64,000 nt of DNA, from assembly GCF_009914755.1 (NCBI RefSeq), contig NC_060932.1. One strand, written 5' to 3'. Below are positions 40,560 through 54,579 of this stretch, one piece after another. The position numbers and the translations under genes were made by a program. Each line of letters begins with the position of its first letter. Within the stretch, counting starts at the first letter, position 1. The notes under the pieces are model-generated. The model did no database searches, was not told the origin of the DNA, and was given only the letters and a program-made list of their open reading frames with translations. This DNA is from the human T2T-CHM13v2.0 reference genome, Homo sapiens.

Positions 40560-41140
40560 AAATAAACACTTTTCAATTTGACTCCTCAGTAGAAGTTGGC
40601 ATAGTCAACTACACTCTCCTCTAAATGCCACATCTCCTTGGCTCCCCTACAACCCTCTCACTCCCCGACTATTCCTTTTCAAGGTCACTTACAGTCTCCT
40701 CTTCCTCATCCCTTTCCTTGAATGCCATTGTTCCTAGGGGGTTATGTCCATAGAGCCCCTGTCCTTCCTCACACTCTGGGAGGTGTTCTTTATCCCTTGG
40801 CCTCTAGGATGCTGAATGTCTTCCTGAGCTTCAGACCCGTACAGCTGACATTGGTATATCTTCTTTGCTTGGAAGCTCCATAAACACTTCAGACTCAATG
40901 CATTCAGAACTGAGCTCCCTGACTCCTCCTAGACAAGCTGCTTTGGGTATTCACTGTGTCAGGAAAAAGCACCACCATCTGTTCATATACCCTAGGCGCT
41001 TTGGGCATCATTTTGAACTTATTCTTCTTCCTCAATGTGTCCACTCTCTAAACCAATGTCAGCCACCGAATCCAGAGATAGGTTAATGTATAATACATTT
41101 TACATCCATCTTCTTACCATCCCCACTACTGTTACCTGTA
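40560..41140 (+). mobile_element. L2 internal fragment
   Basis: ttgactcctcagtag...tcttcctgagcttcagaccc...gggcatcatttt...ccccactactg. Confidence 0.55.
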
Positions 41141-41248
41141 CCTTTGGTGTATTTTATAGAAAAACTCCATAAAGCAAATAGGCTAGATATTGAGAAATTG
41201 GTGAACTTAAGAAAGCACCAGACTGCGGATTTTGAGACCTAGATTCTT

Positions 41249-41381
41249 ATTATTTATTTGTTTAGAGATGGGGTCTCACTATGTTGCTCAGGCTGGATTG
41301 GAAATCCTGAATTCAAGGAATCTTACTGCCTCAGCCTTTTGAGGAGCTGGGACTACAGGACTGCCTTATGGTCCCCTGGCA
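41249..41381 (-). mobile_element. FLAM_A monomer
   Basis: Monomer with perfect 15-bp TSD gagacctagattctt (41234-41248, 41382-41396). Confidence 0.9.
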
Positions 41382-41895
41382 GAGACCTAGATTCTTGTCT
41401 TCATGATGCTAACACCTGGCCAGATGGACCAGACTTGTTTTTTATAGAGCAATGATGTTAGTTTTTTTGAGGACAGGAGCTGTCTTATCTCTTTTTCTGT
41501 AGAGCCTAACACTTGTAAATATTTGATTGGTGTTTCTTGAATTAAGGACCAGGATTGGAGATATTTCCTTCATGTGAAATTTTAATGAAGTCTAGACATA
41601 TTCCTGTTTCTGGAAATAAAAACACTTTAGGTAACGGTGGGGCAAAAATAAAAAAGTGGATAAAGTGGAGTATTAAAGTAAACTAAGTGGTGTATTAGAG
41701 TAAATGTCTCTTAAGATCCTGTAAGGGGAAAACTATAACATAATAAAGGCAAAGCCAGAGGCTAAATCCTAGTTCTGTTCTCTCCCAGCTATATAGACTG
41801 TGTGCAGCACTAACTACGATTATGCTGCAATTCAAAGTGAAGGGGGCAGAGCGTATGTGCTTTAATATTATCTTATTTTGTTGGTGGTGGGTTAG

Positions 41896-42370
41896 TGTCT
41901 TTGGTCAGGTATCCCACAGGCAGAACCTGAGATGGGGACTCAAGTGCAAGTGATTTGTTAAGGAAGTGCTTCCAGGAAAAATTGGTAGGGAATGGAAGAA
42001 GCAGGATAGGGTGGGGAAGAAGTCAAGTAAATTTGGCAAAGTCCAGTGAAGGGTAGCATCGCCCTGATGCCACAGGGGGTCTGGAGTGTAGGTTTTGCTT
42101 CTAAGTGGTTGCAATCTCTTGGAAGATAGCTGGGATTTTCTCCTTTTGCACTAGTCAGTTGCTGCCTAAAGTTCATCCCAGTGTATGTAAGCCCTGTATT
42201 CTTCTGTGCTCGTGGACAAAACAGCTCCAGTAGCCCCAGAATGGTCCTATGAAGAGGAACGGCAGGGGTGGGCACTGTAAGCAAAAGTCACCGAAGCCAT
42301 GATAGAGCCCATGGGAATGGGAAAAAGATGAGATGGAGTCCTGAGTGGAGGTACTGACAGGGTTTGCTCT
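41896..42370 (-). mobile_element. ERVL LTR (LTR16-like)
   Basis: tgtctttggtcaggtatccc...aacctgagatggggactcaagtgcaagtgatttgttaaggaagtgct. Confidence 0.7.
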
Positions 42371-42902
42371 CATTGGCCATCTTTAGATATTCTTGGCCTT
42401 TTCAGGATTGGTTATTTTGATTTAAATTGGAATTATCACCCATACTGAGTGAGGAAAACATGATTGTGATAGTTGGCAAATTCTGTTTTGAGAGTCCATG
42501 CTTCATCCTGTTCTGTGATGATGGATGGTTAGGGCTGGTTCCTTCTTCTCATTGGAATGGCTATTCTATCTTCAGCATAAGTGATCTGTGCCATTAGAAG
42601 AACAGAAGAGACAGCTGAAGCCTTGTTGATTTTTGAGGTAAAATATGGGTGTTTCAAGGGGAATTTGCAGATAATGTCCCACTTGCATTGCTTAAACCCC
42701 AAAGGAGTGCTCTTTTGGGCAAGAGAAGAGGGGAGATTGTTCTAGGGCACTAAGTAATATGCCCAAGGTGACACAGGGAGGTTCTTACGGCTTTTGCTCT
42801 GAGTAGAGAGACTTGGGATGGTACCTGTGGCCTCAGCCATAAAAGTGTTTCCTAATATTCTGCTCTGAAGGAAGCAATGATGAATATGAAATAGGAAATC
42901 AA

Positions 42903-43260
42903 TGGGCTAAGAGCCTGGAGTCTTGGACCTATTCTGGATCCTCTCACCACTAGCTGTGTAATCTTGGCTTGGGTGCAGCCTCATGTTCCTTTTCTATAAA
43001 ATGGGGATAATAATGCCTACCTGCCTACCTCACAGGGCTGATGTGAGGAACAAAGATTATATATATTACTGCTCTTTGAAGTTAAGTGCCATTTAGATTA
43101 TTTCCCTGTGCCATCAAGGCCAAGTTACTCAATCTCCTCTGCTTTGCTTTCCTCAACCGTACAAAGAGCATATTAAAAGTACGCACCTCACAAGGTCATT
43201 TTAAGGTTAAATTTAGATGACCCATGTAAAATGGTTAGGACAGTCTAGCAAATATGAAGC
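42903..43260 (+). mobile_element. Two tandem MIR fragments
   Basis: ctagctgtgtaatcttgg...tctataaaatggggataataatgcctacc; caagttactcaatctc...cacctcacaagg. Confidence 0.8.
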
Positions 43261-43729
43261 AGCCTGTAGATACCTGCAATTAAAAAAAATGGTGACGTGA
43301 CAACCTTAAAGCATTTAATTACAAGCACAATCACTTTACATTGTAACATCATTCTATTCTACTTGAATTTACATGATCTTCCTTTATAGTACTTCAGGAC
43401 ATAGTAAATACATTTATATTGTTGACTTCTCAGTCCTGCCTCTTCTCAGCCTCCATCTTTTCAAGTTCACACATCCTAATTCTACTAGGTTGTTTCTATA
43501 CCATGGGTCCTATAATATTTGAATAATCTGTACTTGAATATGAAAAATAAATAAAATAAAACGATAACTATAAAATGCCCAGCAATATGCATGATGTTTA
43601 GACAGGGCTATCTCATGCTTGTTCAAGGGTAGTTTTATTACCAGTACTGTTTTTCGCAACACTTGGGAACAATGCTTCGTTCTCAGTACTAATTTTATGA
43701 TGTCCATTTATCAAGGAATAGTTAGATTA

Positions 43730-43965
43730 AACTCAGGCCAAGAATCAGAAGATGTGAATATTATTCCCAGCTCTTCCATTGCTTCCTTGTGTGTCTTTGG
43801 GTGGGTTCCTTAACTTTGAAAGCCTGAGTTTCCTTGTCTCTAATCAGTACCTTACAGAGCTGTTGGGAGATTGAAATGAAATCCTATATGTAAAAAAACA
43901 CTTGGCATGTGGCTGCCACATAGTAGATCCTGGGTGTAGTACAGCAGCATAGTAGATCCTCAAAA
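43730..43965 (+). mobile_element. MIR SINE
   Basis: cccagctcttccattg...tgtgtctttggg...gcctgagtttccttgtct...ccttacagagctgttgggagattgaaatga. Confidence 0.75.
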
Positions 43966-45609
43966 ATTTTGATTTCTTTTCTTATTACTTTCTTTCATAC
44001 TTCTCTCACCCCCAGGTTCCCAATCTATGGGATATAGATTTTAATTTTTTTTTTCTGCATCTCTGTGGGATTGTTATGAGGCACAGTTGAGATAACGCTA
44101 ATGAAGGCACCCAAGTCATTGCATAGCTGTAAAATATTATTCCCAACAACAATGGCTAGTGATTTATTAATTGACTGGGTATCTGTTATATTACAGGCAC
44201 TGTGCTCAGTGTTGAGGATACACCATTGACATACAGACATAGTCTCTACTTTCAATAAACTTTTAAAAAGAAAATACATGCATAAATAATCTTCCCTGAT
44301 ACCTGGTTTTAATTAAATACAGAATTAGAACTTTATTGATAATTAAACCTGTTACTTTTGTTTAACCCAGCATTTCTCATAATTATTTGATCATAGAACA
44401 GCCTCCCTTGTCATTGTTTTGTGTTGGAAAACCCACTGGGGTGCCGTGGAGCACCATTTGGGAGGCACCATTGAAACAAGCAGGATTTCTTTTCCCATGA
44501 GGCCTGGTACCTATTCCTTCAATGTGCTGTATTTCCATAAATCATATGTAGGTGGCTGCCTGCTTTGTCTGTGGTCAGGGCTGGCTCTAGATAGGGTACA
44601 ACCCTGAAGTGAACATAACAGGAGTCAGTCCTGGGCAGAGAACACAAACTTTGTCAGAAAATAAATTACTGGAAACATTTTTATTAAAGAAGAGGAGTAG
44701 TTTTGAGGGTGTGATAGCTTCTGTTAAAGCTTATGCAGTTAATCATTCCTTGTTTGAGGTTTGGACTTTCTTCCCTTTGATGTAATTAGCCATTAGGCTT
44801 TCTGAAGTACATTTTTCACGTCAAGGAGACAATGGTTTCAAAGGAGAGATAGGGCGGGGCTGAAGGAAAGGCCAAGTTAATGCGCAAAGCAGCAAGAGAC
44901 AGAAAAACATCAACAATTTTTGCACAAGCTGTTTGTTAATGGTGCCTTAGAACATGATGCTATTTTCACTTTAAATACAGTGGGGTGTTACTGCTTTGCT
45001 GCATTGTAAGCATTTTCTGGAGCTTCTGGTACCAAAGAGTACCTTCCATATAGTATGCTTTCAATAAACATTTACGGAATGAATACACAGTTTGGATAAA
45101 TGATTCTTTCTTTGAATATCTTGACTGGGTAATTTGTTTGGATATAGTAAGTCCAGGTTTGATAGGAATGAGGCAACAGGTGGTTAACCAGTCCTGTGTC
45201 ACTTAGTCAAACTGTCTATTTCAGAGGTTTTAAAATGTTTTAGCAGTTATGATTTTTTCAAATGACATATTGCTTTGAATCATAAACAAATAAGCATAAT
45301 AGAGCTTCTCTAGTTGAACCAGATGAGGTTCTGTAGCATCTCCAAACACACACACTTCCCTCATCGCACATGTGTGTATATGGGTATGTGGAATGCAGTG
45401 TGTGTGGGTGTGTGTGTGCTTGTACCAATTAAAGGAACTTCAAAGCTGACAGTGATCTGAACCGTACCTTCGAAGAGCTTTCTGTAGTACAAGAGAAAAG
45501 GCATAAATACAGACAATTATAACCAAAGTTAGAATACATTCAAGTCTAAATAAAAGTATTTCTACCCCAGAGAATATACTTGCTTAGTTCTTTGTCTTAG
45601 GAAAATACA

Positions 45610-46930
<1,321 letters not shown>

Positions 46931-46932
46931 AT

Positions 46933-47055
46933 TTTTTTTAAGAGGCAGAGTCTTGCTGCATTGCCCAGGCTGGCCTTGAACTCCTGGACTCAAGCAATCC
47001 TCCCATCTCCTCCTCCAGAGTAGCTGGGACTATAGGCATGTGTCACTATATCCTG
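46933..47055 (-). mobile_element. FLAM monomer
   Basis: ttgcccaggctggccttgaactcctggactcaagcaatcctccc. Confidence 0.8.
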
Positions 47056-47139
47056 TTTAATTAAATTTTTTTCCTATGAAAATCACTTTTGATCCTTCTT
47101 TAGATCCCATTCCATTTACTATTTTGATCAAATAGGGTA

Positions 47140-47375
47140 ATGGAGCATGGGTTAAGAACACAAGTTCTGAAGCTAGAATGCTGTTCAAATCCCAGATCTA
47201 TCACTCACAAATTTTGTTATCTTAGGTGGGTAATTTTCTGCCTCAGTTTTCTCATCTGCAAAATGGGGATGATAATGATATTATTCTTTACAGGTTGTTT
47301 GTCACATCCAAATTAGTTCATGTAAGTAAGCATTTAAAAGAGTTCTAAAATGTAGTACTATATGTGCTTGCTATT
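47140..47375 (+). mobile_element. MIR SINE
   Basis: ggttaagaacacaagttctgaagctag...ctgcctcagttttctcatctgcaaaatggggatgataat. Confidence 0.88.
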
Positions 47376-47531
47376 ATAATAAATTCTTCATAAGAATAAA
47401 TACAATAACCTGAGTTTTAAAATGCTATCTTTTATTTTAGGCATGATAAATGTATTTGTATGTGGCAAGGAGAATCTGGGGCATGATGGCGTACATATTC
47501 AGAAGACTGAAATGACATACAACTAACTCTT

Positions 47532-47607
47532 TTTTTAAATTATACTTTAACTTCTAAGGTACATGTGCACAATGTGCAGGTTTGTTACATAGGTATACCT
47601 GTGTGGA
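47532..47607 (-). mobile_element. Ultra-short L1PA 3'-end insertion (76 bp)
   Basis: ttatactttaacttctaaggtacatgtgcacaatgtgcaggtttgttacataggtata is the L1PA terminus; perfect 18-bp TSD gacatacaactaactctt. Confidence 0.93.
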
Positions 47608-47654
47608 GACATACAACTAACTCTTAATTATATGTATTATATTTATGAGCCCCT

Positions 47655-47772
47655 CCAGGATAAGGACTACAAATAGCTCATTTTTCTTTTTATCCTTAGT
47701 ACCTATCCAGTGCTTGGCACAAGTAAACTGTCACCAAGGATCTGATGAATGAATGAATGAATGAGTGAACGA
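47655..47772 (+). mobile_element. L2 3' end with (GAAT)n tail
   Basis: cagtgcttggcaca...gaatgaatgaatgaatga. Confidence 0.7.
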
Positions 47773-48694
47773 ATAATTTTCTTACATATATGTTTAGCCA
47801 TACACTCTACCATTTCCTGTCAGTATTTTCTCAGAATGAAAATTGCCTTAATATCAGCACAAACAAACCCAGGAGGATCAATCAGCTGCAAAATTATTAT
47901 GCAAAGTGTTCCTGAGCCAAATATAAATGACTTTTGGATTATCTGATGCTATGTATTTTCTGCATCACTACCCGCTCCATCAGTGTGAATATTCAGATAG
48001 GTGTGCTAAGCAGTCCAGTGCCTGTTTCACCGTCAGGGAGTCCAAGGAAGTAAAACCATCCCAAATTATTTTAGAATGGCCTCCTCTTTGTTAATGCTAC
48101 TCATTCTGTTTGTGCTCTTGAGTTGATTACAGTGTAAGGGCTTTTAAAATGGAATTTATTGCTATGAAATTTACTGATATCTTTATTTGGGAGGGCAAAT
48201 GTTGTGTCATGGTTCATATATCAAATTACTGTTCAATCATCCATCTACCCATCTATCCATCTACTCTACAGATATTTAGGGTGATACTGCTGTGTGCATT
48301 GGGTAGTACTGTGGAATATGCAAAAGAGTGTGTTTGTTCCAAGAGCCTGTAGGAAATTATGATGCCCACTCCTTGAAAAAATGCACAGATTCTAGTGTAA
48401 GATTCACTATCTTTGAATTAAAGCTCTAATATCTACTGAGATACTTGAGGCAACTATTTAAACTTCCCGAGTACCCATGAGGAAATGCCTATAAATTATG
48501 TGGAGAAGAGTAAATACTTTCTAAACATTAGTTTTCATTCCTACAATCTTGGCTCTCAGTGGATACCTTAAATGCAAGTCATAATATCAATAACATGGGA
48601 AATATGACAAAGATATTTGTATTAGAAACTACAATTGGGGCAACCCAACCATGATTTAGTGTCTGCTTCTGCAAAGGCGTGGGCATGCCATTCA

Positions 48695-48930
48695 TTACAG
48701 CTAATATTTATTGAGTAGTTACTATTGGGCAGGCTCTCATCTAAGTGCTTTTACATGTGTTAATTATTTTAATATTTCCAACAATGAAGTTAGGTGGGCA
48801 TTATTACCTCAAATTTACAGATGGGGAAACTGAGCCAGGGAGTAGTTAACTATGTTGCCTCTGGTCACCTAATAGCAATTGGCAAAGTCAGAGTCACACT
48901 CTGAAGTCTGGCTGCAGAGCCCTGGCTCCA
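48695..48930 (-). mobile_element. MIR SINE
   Basis: agctaatatttattgag...ctaagtgcttttacatg...tttacagatggggaaactgag. Confidence 0.85.
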
Positions 48931-49464
48931 GCTGCCTGTCCTTGTTTAAGATGATGGGTTGAGGTTGGACCCACTGGGCAGCCCATGGGCCTGGAGTTTG
49001 TCTTTTGGTTCCAAGTTTGTTTCTAGGAAGCACAGGGGCCTATGACATGTAGAACATGGAAGCCAGCTTTAGGTTTCCCTCAAGTGAAAGAACTATGTCT
49101 TGTTCTACAAGAAAAAGTTTCCCTGACCTCTAGGTGATGAGAGTATAGCCCTCTGAATTTGAGTTCAAAGTAGATATTTATTTAATATATTCAACAAATA
49201 TTTATCACGCACATACATTTGCCAGATGAGGTGTTGTCAGGACATAGTGGATAGCAAGATGAACATGGTCCCAGCCCTGAATGAGTATACTGAATTGTAC
49301 ATTATCACTGTATTCCACTTTATTCTCCTTTGGGGAATCAAAGGATTACTTGAAAGTATTCAATATCTAGTATCTATCATCAGGTTTATTGTTATTTGTC
49401 AGTCATTTGCATGTACTATAGGTCAACTCAAGTTCCCCTGAAACAATTTGATCCAAACTAATGA

Positions 49465-49850
49465 GGTATAGCAGAGACTGGATAGTGGTTCACCAAACCT
49501 TCCAAGCACATCCCTGAACTACATTTTTCAGCCTCTTTTGCACTTTAGGTGTGGCTGTGTGACTGAGTACTGGACAATGGGATACAGCCAAAAGAAAGGC
49601 ACACCATTTAGAATCCTGTTTCAAAGCACCTCTCATGCGATCCTCCACCATCTCTCTTCCCTTGTCTGCTGGCTAGATGCTGACACCCAGAGTGACTTTG
49701 GAAAATTCTGTTAGTGTGGGACCTGAAAAACTGCAGAGAGCCCAACACCCACCTGCACTACTACTCCAGCCAATTGGGCTTCCTATAAATGACAGGTCAG
49801 ATTCTGTTAAACTATTGAGGTTTTGAAATTGATTTGTGGTAGTTGCTTTC
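49465..49850 (+). mobile_element. Old MaLR LTR (MLT1I/J-like)
   Basis: actacatttttcagcctcttttgca...ttaggtgtggctgtgtgactgagtactggacaatgg. Confidence 0.65.
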
Positions 49851-50133
49851 TCATACGGGCCAGGTTTGAGTATTTTTTCTTGTGCATTCTAATAACCTTT
49901 TAAAAGTTTGGTTATCTTTTGTTTCCTGATGCTGAATCAGCACCCTACTTTCTATTGATCTTTTTCTGTTGTGGCTTCTACCTATAGGCATGTCTAAGTC
50001 AGGGCCTTGTTACAGAGAAGATGAGCCGTTATTGAAGAAAGGGCTATGACACCAAATGCATACAGAAGTAACTAAAGAATATTTAAAGTGGGAGAGATTT
50101 GGAGAGAAATGTGAACTGCTGTCTGAGGCAGTT

Positions 50134-50145
50134 GTTTTTTTTTTG

Positions 50146-50175
<30 letters not shown>
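50134..50175. repeat. T-rich (TTTG/TTTTG)n repeat
   Basis: tttttttgtttgttttgttttgttttgttttg. Confidence 0.9.
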
Positions 50176-50176
<1 letters not shown>

Positions 50177-51802
50177 GCAGGAACAAATACCTCCAGATTT
50201 CTGTATTTATTTAACAAAGACAGAGTCTTATATGGTATCAGAGAGACGTGGAATCTAGAACCTGCTCCCTGATAATGAAAAAGGTATCTGCCAATCAAAA
50301 CAAATACCTATGAGACATGTGTTCATCCTTCCCAAGGGTGTAGTAGCTCCATTATAATTGAAATGCCACCATTTTTTCAGTTTGTTGGGGTCCTGTGATT
50401 CAGCCATTTTCATTGTATTTCCTTTCTGTGTCAGTTTCTGTTCTACAATGATAAAATATTTGAAATTCTGGTATTGAATTTTATCCCCTCATGAGACTTC
50501 CCCATTTAGAGACATGGCTCTTTTAGCAGTGCCAAAATTTTAGCTTCTAAAATTCAGATGCGGAGATTTAAAACAGTGGCAATCTGGGCAGATGTCAGCG
50601 GGTGAGAGGTTTCCTCAGCCAGTTCTCATAAAGCACATATCCATACTGCACTGTGGCTTCTAATCCACAAATAAAGCACAGATCCTACCGTGATCATCAG
50701 CAGAGTCTCATGTCCAAAGGCAGATATTTTATTCAAATAATCTCACTCTGCTCTGTGGGAAATACTATTTTCATTATGTTTGCAAACATGTTAGCATTCA
50801 TTAAAATGTGCATTGCCTTCAAGAAAGATTCATGGCGAGCTTTCCTGTTAGAGGACATATTTGGGAACAGCTTTTGTGAGGCAGAAGTTTATAACATTGG
50901 TGCTTTGAAGTGTGTAATATTTTACGTTGCTACTCTTATTAGAAAGTTTCGGAGTGCAGGCATCTGGGGTACTTTTCTTCCCTCCAGCCATCTGACAGGG
51001 CCAGGCCTTCCATGGGCTTTGAAGTTTGTCAGTTTATATTTTGATAGGTTTCTGTATGTGCCAGACCTGACAACTTGTCACAGAGGAAGGAGATTTAAAC
51101 ATGCGTTCCAGCTCAGGTGGAACCCAGAAAGGAGTTTTTGTTTTTCTCAGCTAGAGCCTGAGAATAAGCAGTCCTTGTGTGTCTTCTTCATGGAAAATGT
51201 GTTGCAGTTTGAAGGTACTTCATTAAGCAACTGTTTTAAAACTACAGTTATAAACTACAGAATTTGAGAATTGGAAGGACCTCAAGACCCTGTTTTCCTA
51301 TGTAGGACTTCATTCCATATTGGTTTTGTATTGTTTCTTTCATTCCATGCATGGTGTCCCTATCTGTTGTAATACTTTTGAAGGCCTCCTTTTTAGTTCT
51401 TTATTGTTGCCCTTATGCCACTTTCTGTGGTCTGTTTGGGTTTTCTTCTTGTCTTAACAGCTTCATATCCTATTTTGTCTGTTGAGAACAGGCTTTGTCC
51501 TCTTCCTCCATTGTATATTTTTATTGCCTGTCTAGGTATTATTCTGTTATACTATGGATATGATACTAAGATCTTGAAAGTAAAAAGTGTTCATAAATTG
51601 AATATAATTTTTATATAGACTTACATTAAGTTTTCAAAGATGTTTAGTAGTCTGATGAAATACTATCTAGTTCCAGAGGTGCAGCTAGAGTGGAGTCTTT
51701 CCTTTCTAGATGAATGAGCACTTATACAGAGGCAGGGCTCTATAGAGTACACATAAAAATTTAAGTAAACTTTAATTTTTAAAATGAATGTAATCCCCAC
51801 AG

Positions 51803-51864
51803 CCATGCATGCATTGCATGCACATTATACACACACACAGACACATACACACACAAATACACGT

Positions 51865-51895
<31 letters not shown>

Positions 51896-51898
51896 TGC
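51803..51898. repeat. Compound (CA)n microsatellite
   Basis: catgcatgc...cacacacagacacatacac...gtgcgcacacacacac. Confidence 0.92.
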
Positions 51899-52652
51899 AA
51901 ATACTTGTACTTCATAGTAATGGCCAGGGAAGAAAAGGACTAAAAGTGTAATTATATCAAAAGTGACTGGTGTTTAGGGGTACATTGGACCACCAGAGAC
52001 CTTAAAAATTTGAGTCCAGGCAGACAATGGTTAACCATCACCCCACACCCCAGCAAAATATATATCCTTAAAAATTATGCTGTGACAATTATATCTTTCA
52101 TTTTAATGGCAGTTTTGAACACTAAAATGAAACCCTGTATTGTCAAATTGTATCAGCCATGTTTGTGTTTATCATTATTTTAGAAAACAATCTGGTAACC
52201 AACCGATGAAAATCTCATCCTTAGAGTCCTCCCGAGGAAGAAGGTAGGTCCCTGGAAGAGAGAAATGTCCCAGGGATTCTCTATCAATACTTGCTATTTT
52301 TATTTTCATTCTGATATATCTTAAATTGACTGAAAAATTATTTGCCTCTATATTAGTGATTGATAAAAATGATTGTCACAATACTGAACAAGTTGTTTCA
52401 CTTTTATTTCTTCATTAAAGGGATCGCAATTCTGGTTTAGTTGGGTTGCTGGGAGGATTAAGGGATATGATCCTTGTAAAGGTCAGAACACAATCTGATA
52501 CATAATAGGGACTTCATGTTGGCGGTTCTTCCTGGCTCTATCTTTTGGCATCCACTTCGTGGCTGGTATTGTGTCGTCTCCACTCCTGTCCTTTTTGTTG
52601 CCTACTTGCATATATTTCCAGGAAATCTAGAGGTCATGCTGAACTTACAAGG

Positions 52653-52737
52653 ATCTATGTTTCTCTTTAGAGCTTTGAGATACTCCCTGGCCATCTACGT
52701 TCCTCTTTAGAGCTTTGAGATGCTCCCTGGCCATCTA
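52653..52737. repeat. 40-bp tandem duplication
   Basis: atctatgtttctctttagagctttgagatactccctggcc / atctacgttcctctttagagctttgagatgctccctggcc + atcta. Confidence 0.95.
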
Positions 52738-53029
52738 GGGTCTGCTTGTCACAAGCATGGCTCCTACAGCTTCCACAGTTGTTATATGTGAAACTTTGTT
52801 TATCCTGTCTAGGGATAGGATACACGGGGATTTATGTAGACATAATTCAGTCATTCTATTTTACGCTAGTATTTGAAGCCATCTATATCTTCTTCTAAAC
52901 TGACAGAGAATCTGATAATCTAACCAAAGCATTCACTCTAACCCAAGTAAGGGTCAGTGACTTCTGGTGATCAGGGCTCTAGTATTTTGGCCTAATTTGA
53001 AGGAGGGCTCTAATTGTAATAGATACAAT

Positions 53030-53200
53030 GGAATTATAGTTGGGAAAGATCTACGAAATGCTTGGGCTCATTTCCTCATTTATGTAGATGAAACTGAAGC
53101 CCAGAGAGGTTAGGTAAGTTTTCCAAGGTTACTTAATGAATTAAATTGAGATCTGAGACTGGAACTGGAGTATTCTTCTTTCTAATGTTTCCCTACCCTT
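53030..53200 (-). mobile_element. MIR-family fragment
   Basis: gatgaaactgaagcccagagaggttaggtaagttttccaaggtt. Confidence 0.75.
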
Positions 53201-53399
53201 CTGCGCTCCATTATATATGGAAATACATGCTTTCTTGCTGGTTGGATACATAAGGCTCCTCAACTCATAGAATGTGAACAACTAAATGCTTCTGTCCTCA
53301 AATTTCTTTGACCTTGGCCTTTCTTATTCAAATAGTCAAATACCTAAAAGCTCTATGCCAGCAGTGTTCTATTCATTGATAAATAATGATAAAATTACA

Positions 53400-53545
53400 G
53401 ACATTCAGGGTTCATCAGATATATATTGAGTACATGTCAAACACTGTGCTTGTTGCTATGGATACAGCAATGGACAATATATATTTTCTGCCATGAATAA
53501 GCTCATAATCTAGTGGAGGAAATAGATTCATAAACAAATAATCGT
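53400..53545 (-). mobile_element. L2 fragment
   Basis: cactgtgct...gatacagcaatg...gctcataatctagtggagga...aaacaaataat. Confidence 0.65.
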
Positions 53546-53599
53546 AATTCAAATAGATATTACAACTTACAATGTAAACAGTGTCCATTTATAATAGTT

Positions 53600-54574
53600 T
53601 TTGAGTGTGATCGGGAAGCGTGTATGCATATAGTTTTTGAGTAGTACTTTCTTACATTGAGATGACTATATTAGGGTACTTATTAATTCTTTTCCCCCTC
53701 TCCCATCCCCTTACCATTTACCATAAATTGTATTAAAAGAAATAGTTAAACTTGTATCTCAACATTTAATCTACAGGATATTTAAGTGGGATATTCAGCA
53801 AAAAGAAGAAAGAGTGTTACCCACAAAAAAAATACATTTTTGTATCATTTTTTGGTGAGAGATTTTGCACATTTCAGTCATATGAAGGATAGCTGTATCA
53901 TGTTAGGTGGAAGCATACATTTGCTATTAATTTAGAAGTTAAATAAGGTTAAAAGAAGTATGTGCGAGTGCCAAGTTAACAAGGGTTGGGCTTTAATGAC
54001 TTTGTGCCGTGGCAAATGAGCTAAGCTGGAGCTGCATTTCCCAGAATTTGATTAACTGTATGGTTGCTGTTTGGGGAAATTGTGTGAGATATGGAAGGCA
54101 GACTGAAGCAGTAGCCTATATGCTCTGAAGATCAGAGAGGGTATTGGGTACCACCTCAGCTCATGCACATTGCCCCCGATCTGCAGACTCACTGTGAATG
54201 AACATGACACAGTTACTCAGCCCACAATCCTCTAGTACCCACTGATGAATATTCCCTTTCGATGTCACCTAGCTTTGGGCCAGGCTTAGGGGCACCTCCA
54301 AGGTGTAGGGTACCAACTTGTTTTGCAGATCACCTATGTCACTGAGGTTGCAGGGTGCAACCCACAGATGCAGGTTTTGGTTTTTCCTAACTATACCATT
54401 CTTCACTTAGAGCTTATCTTTTGATTTTTCTGCTTCACTGACCTACAGTGAGTTCAGGACCAGACTTCTTCACTAGTTCCCACAACTACATAAGGTCTAG
54501 TCTTTATTATGAATCCATTATTTCTTATCACTCACACTTGATTCTGTTTTCTTGAAGAAACACTTTCAGATCCA
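53600..54574 (+). mobile_element. ERVL internal 3' end, polypurine tract and 3' LTR (LTR50/52/53-like, about 53993-54574)
   Basis: gtgccaagttaacaagggttggg (ERVL pre-LTR/PPT motif) then gctaagctggagctgcatttcccagaat...gagatatggaaggcag. Confidence 0.6.
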
Positions 54575-54579
54575 AAAGA

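Noticed and set aside
50653-51267. Longest ORF (204 aa)
   Set aside because: GTG start, no recognisable domain, F/L/C/S-rich composition typical of non-coding DNA, no supporting exon structure.
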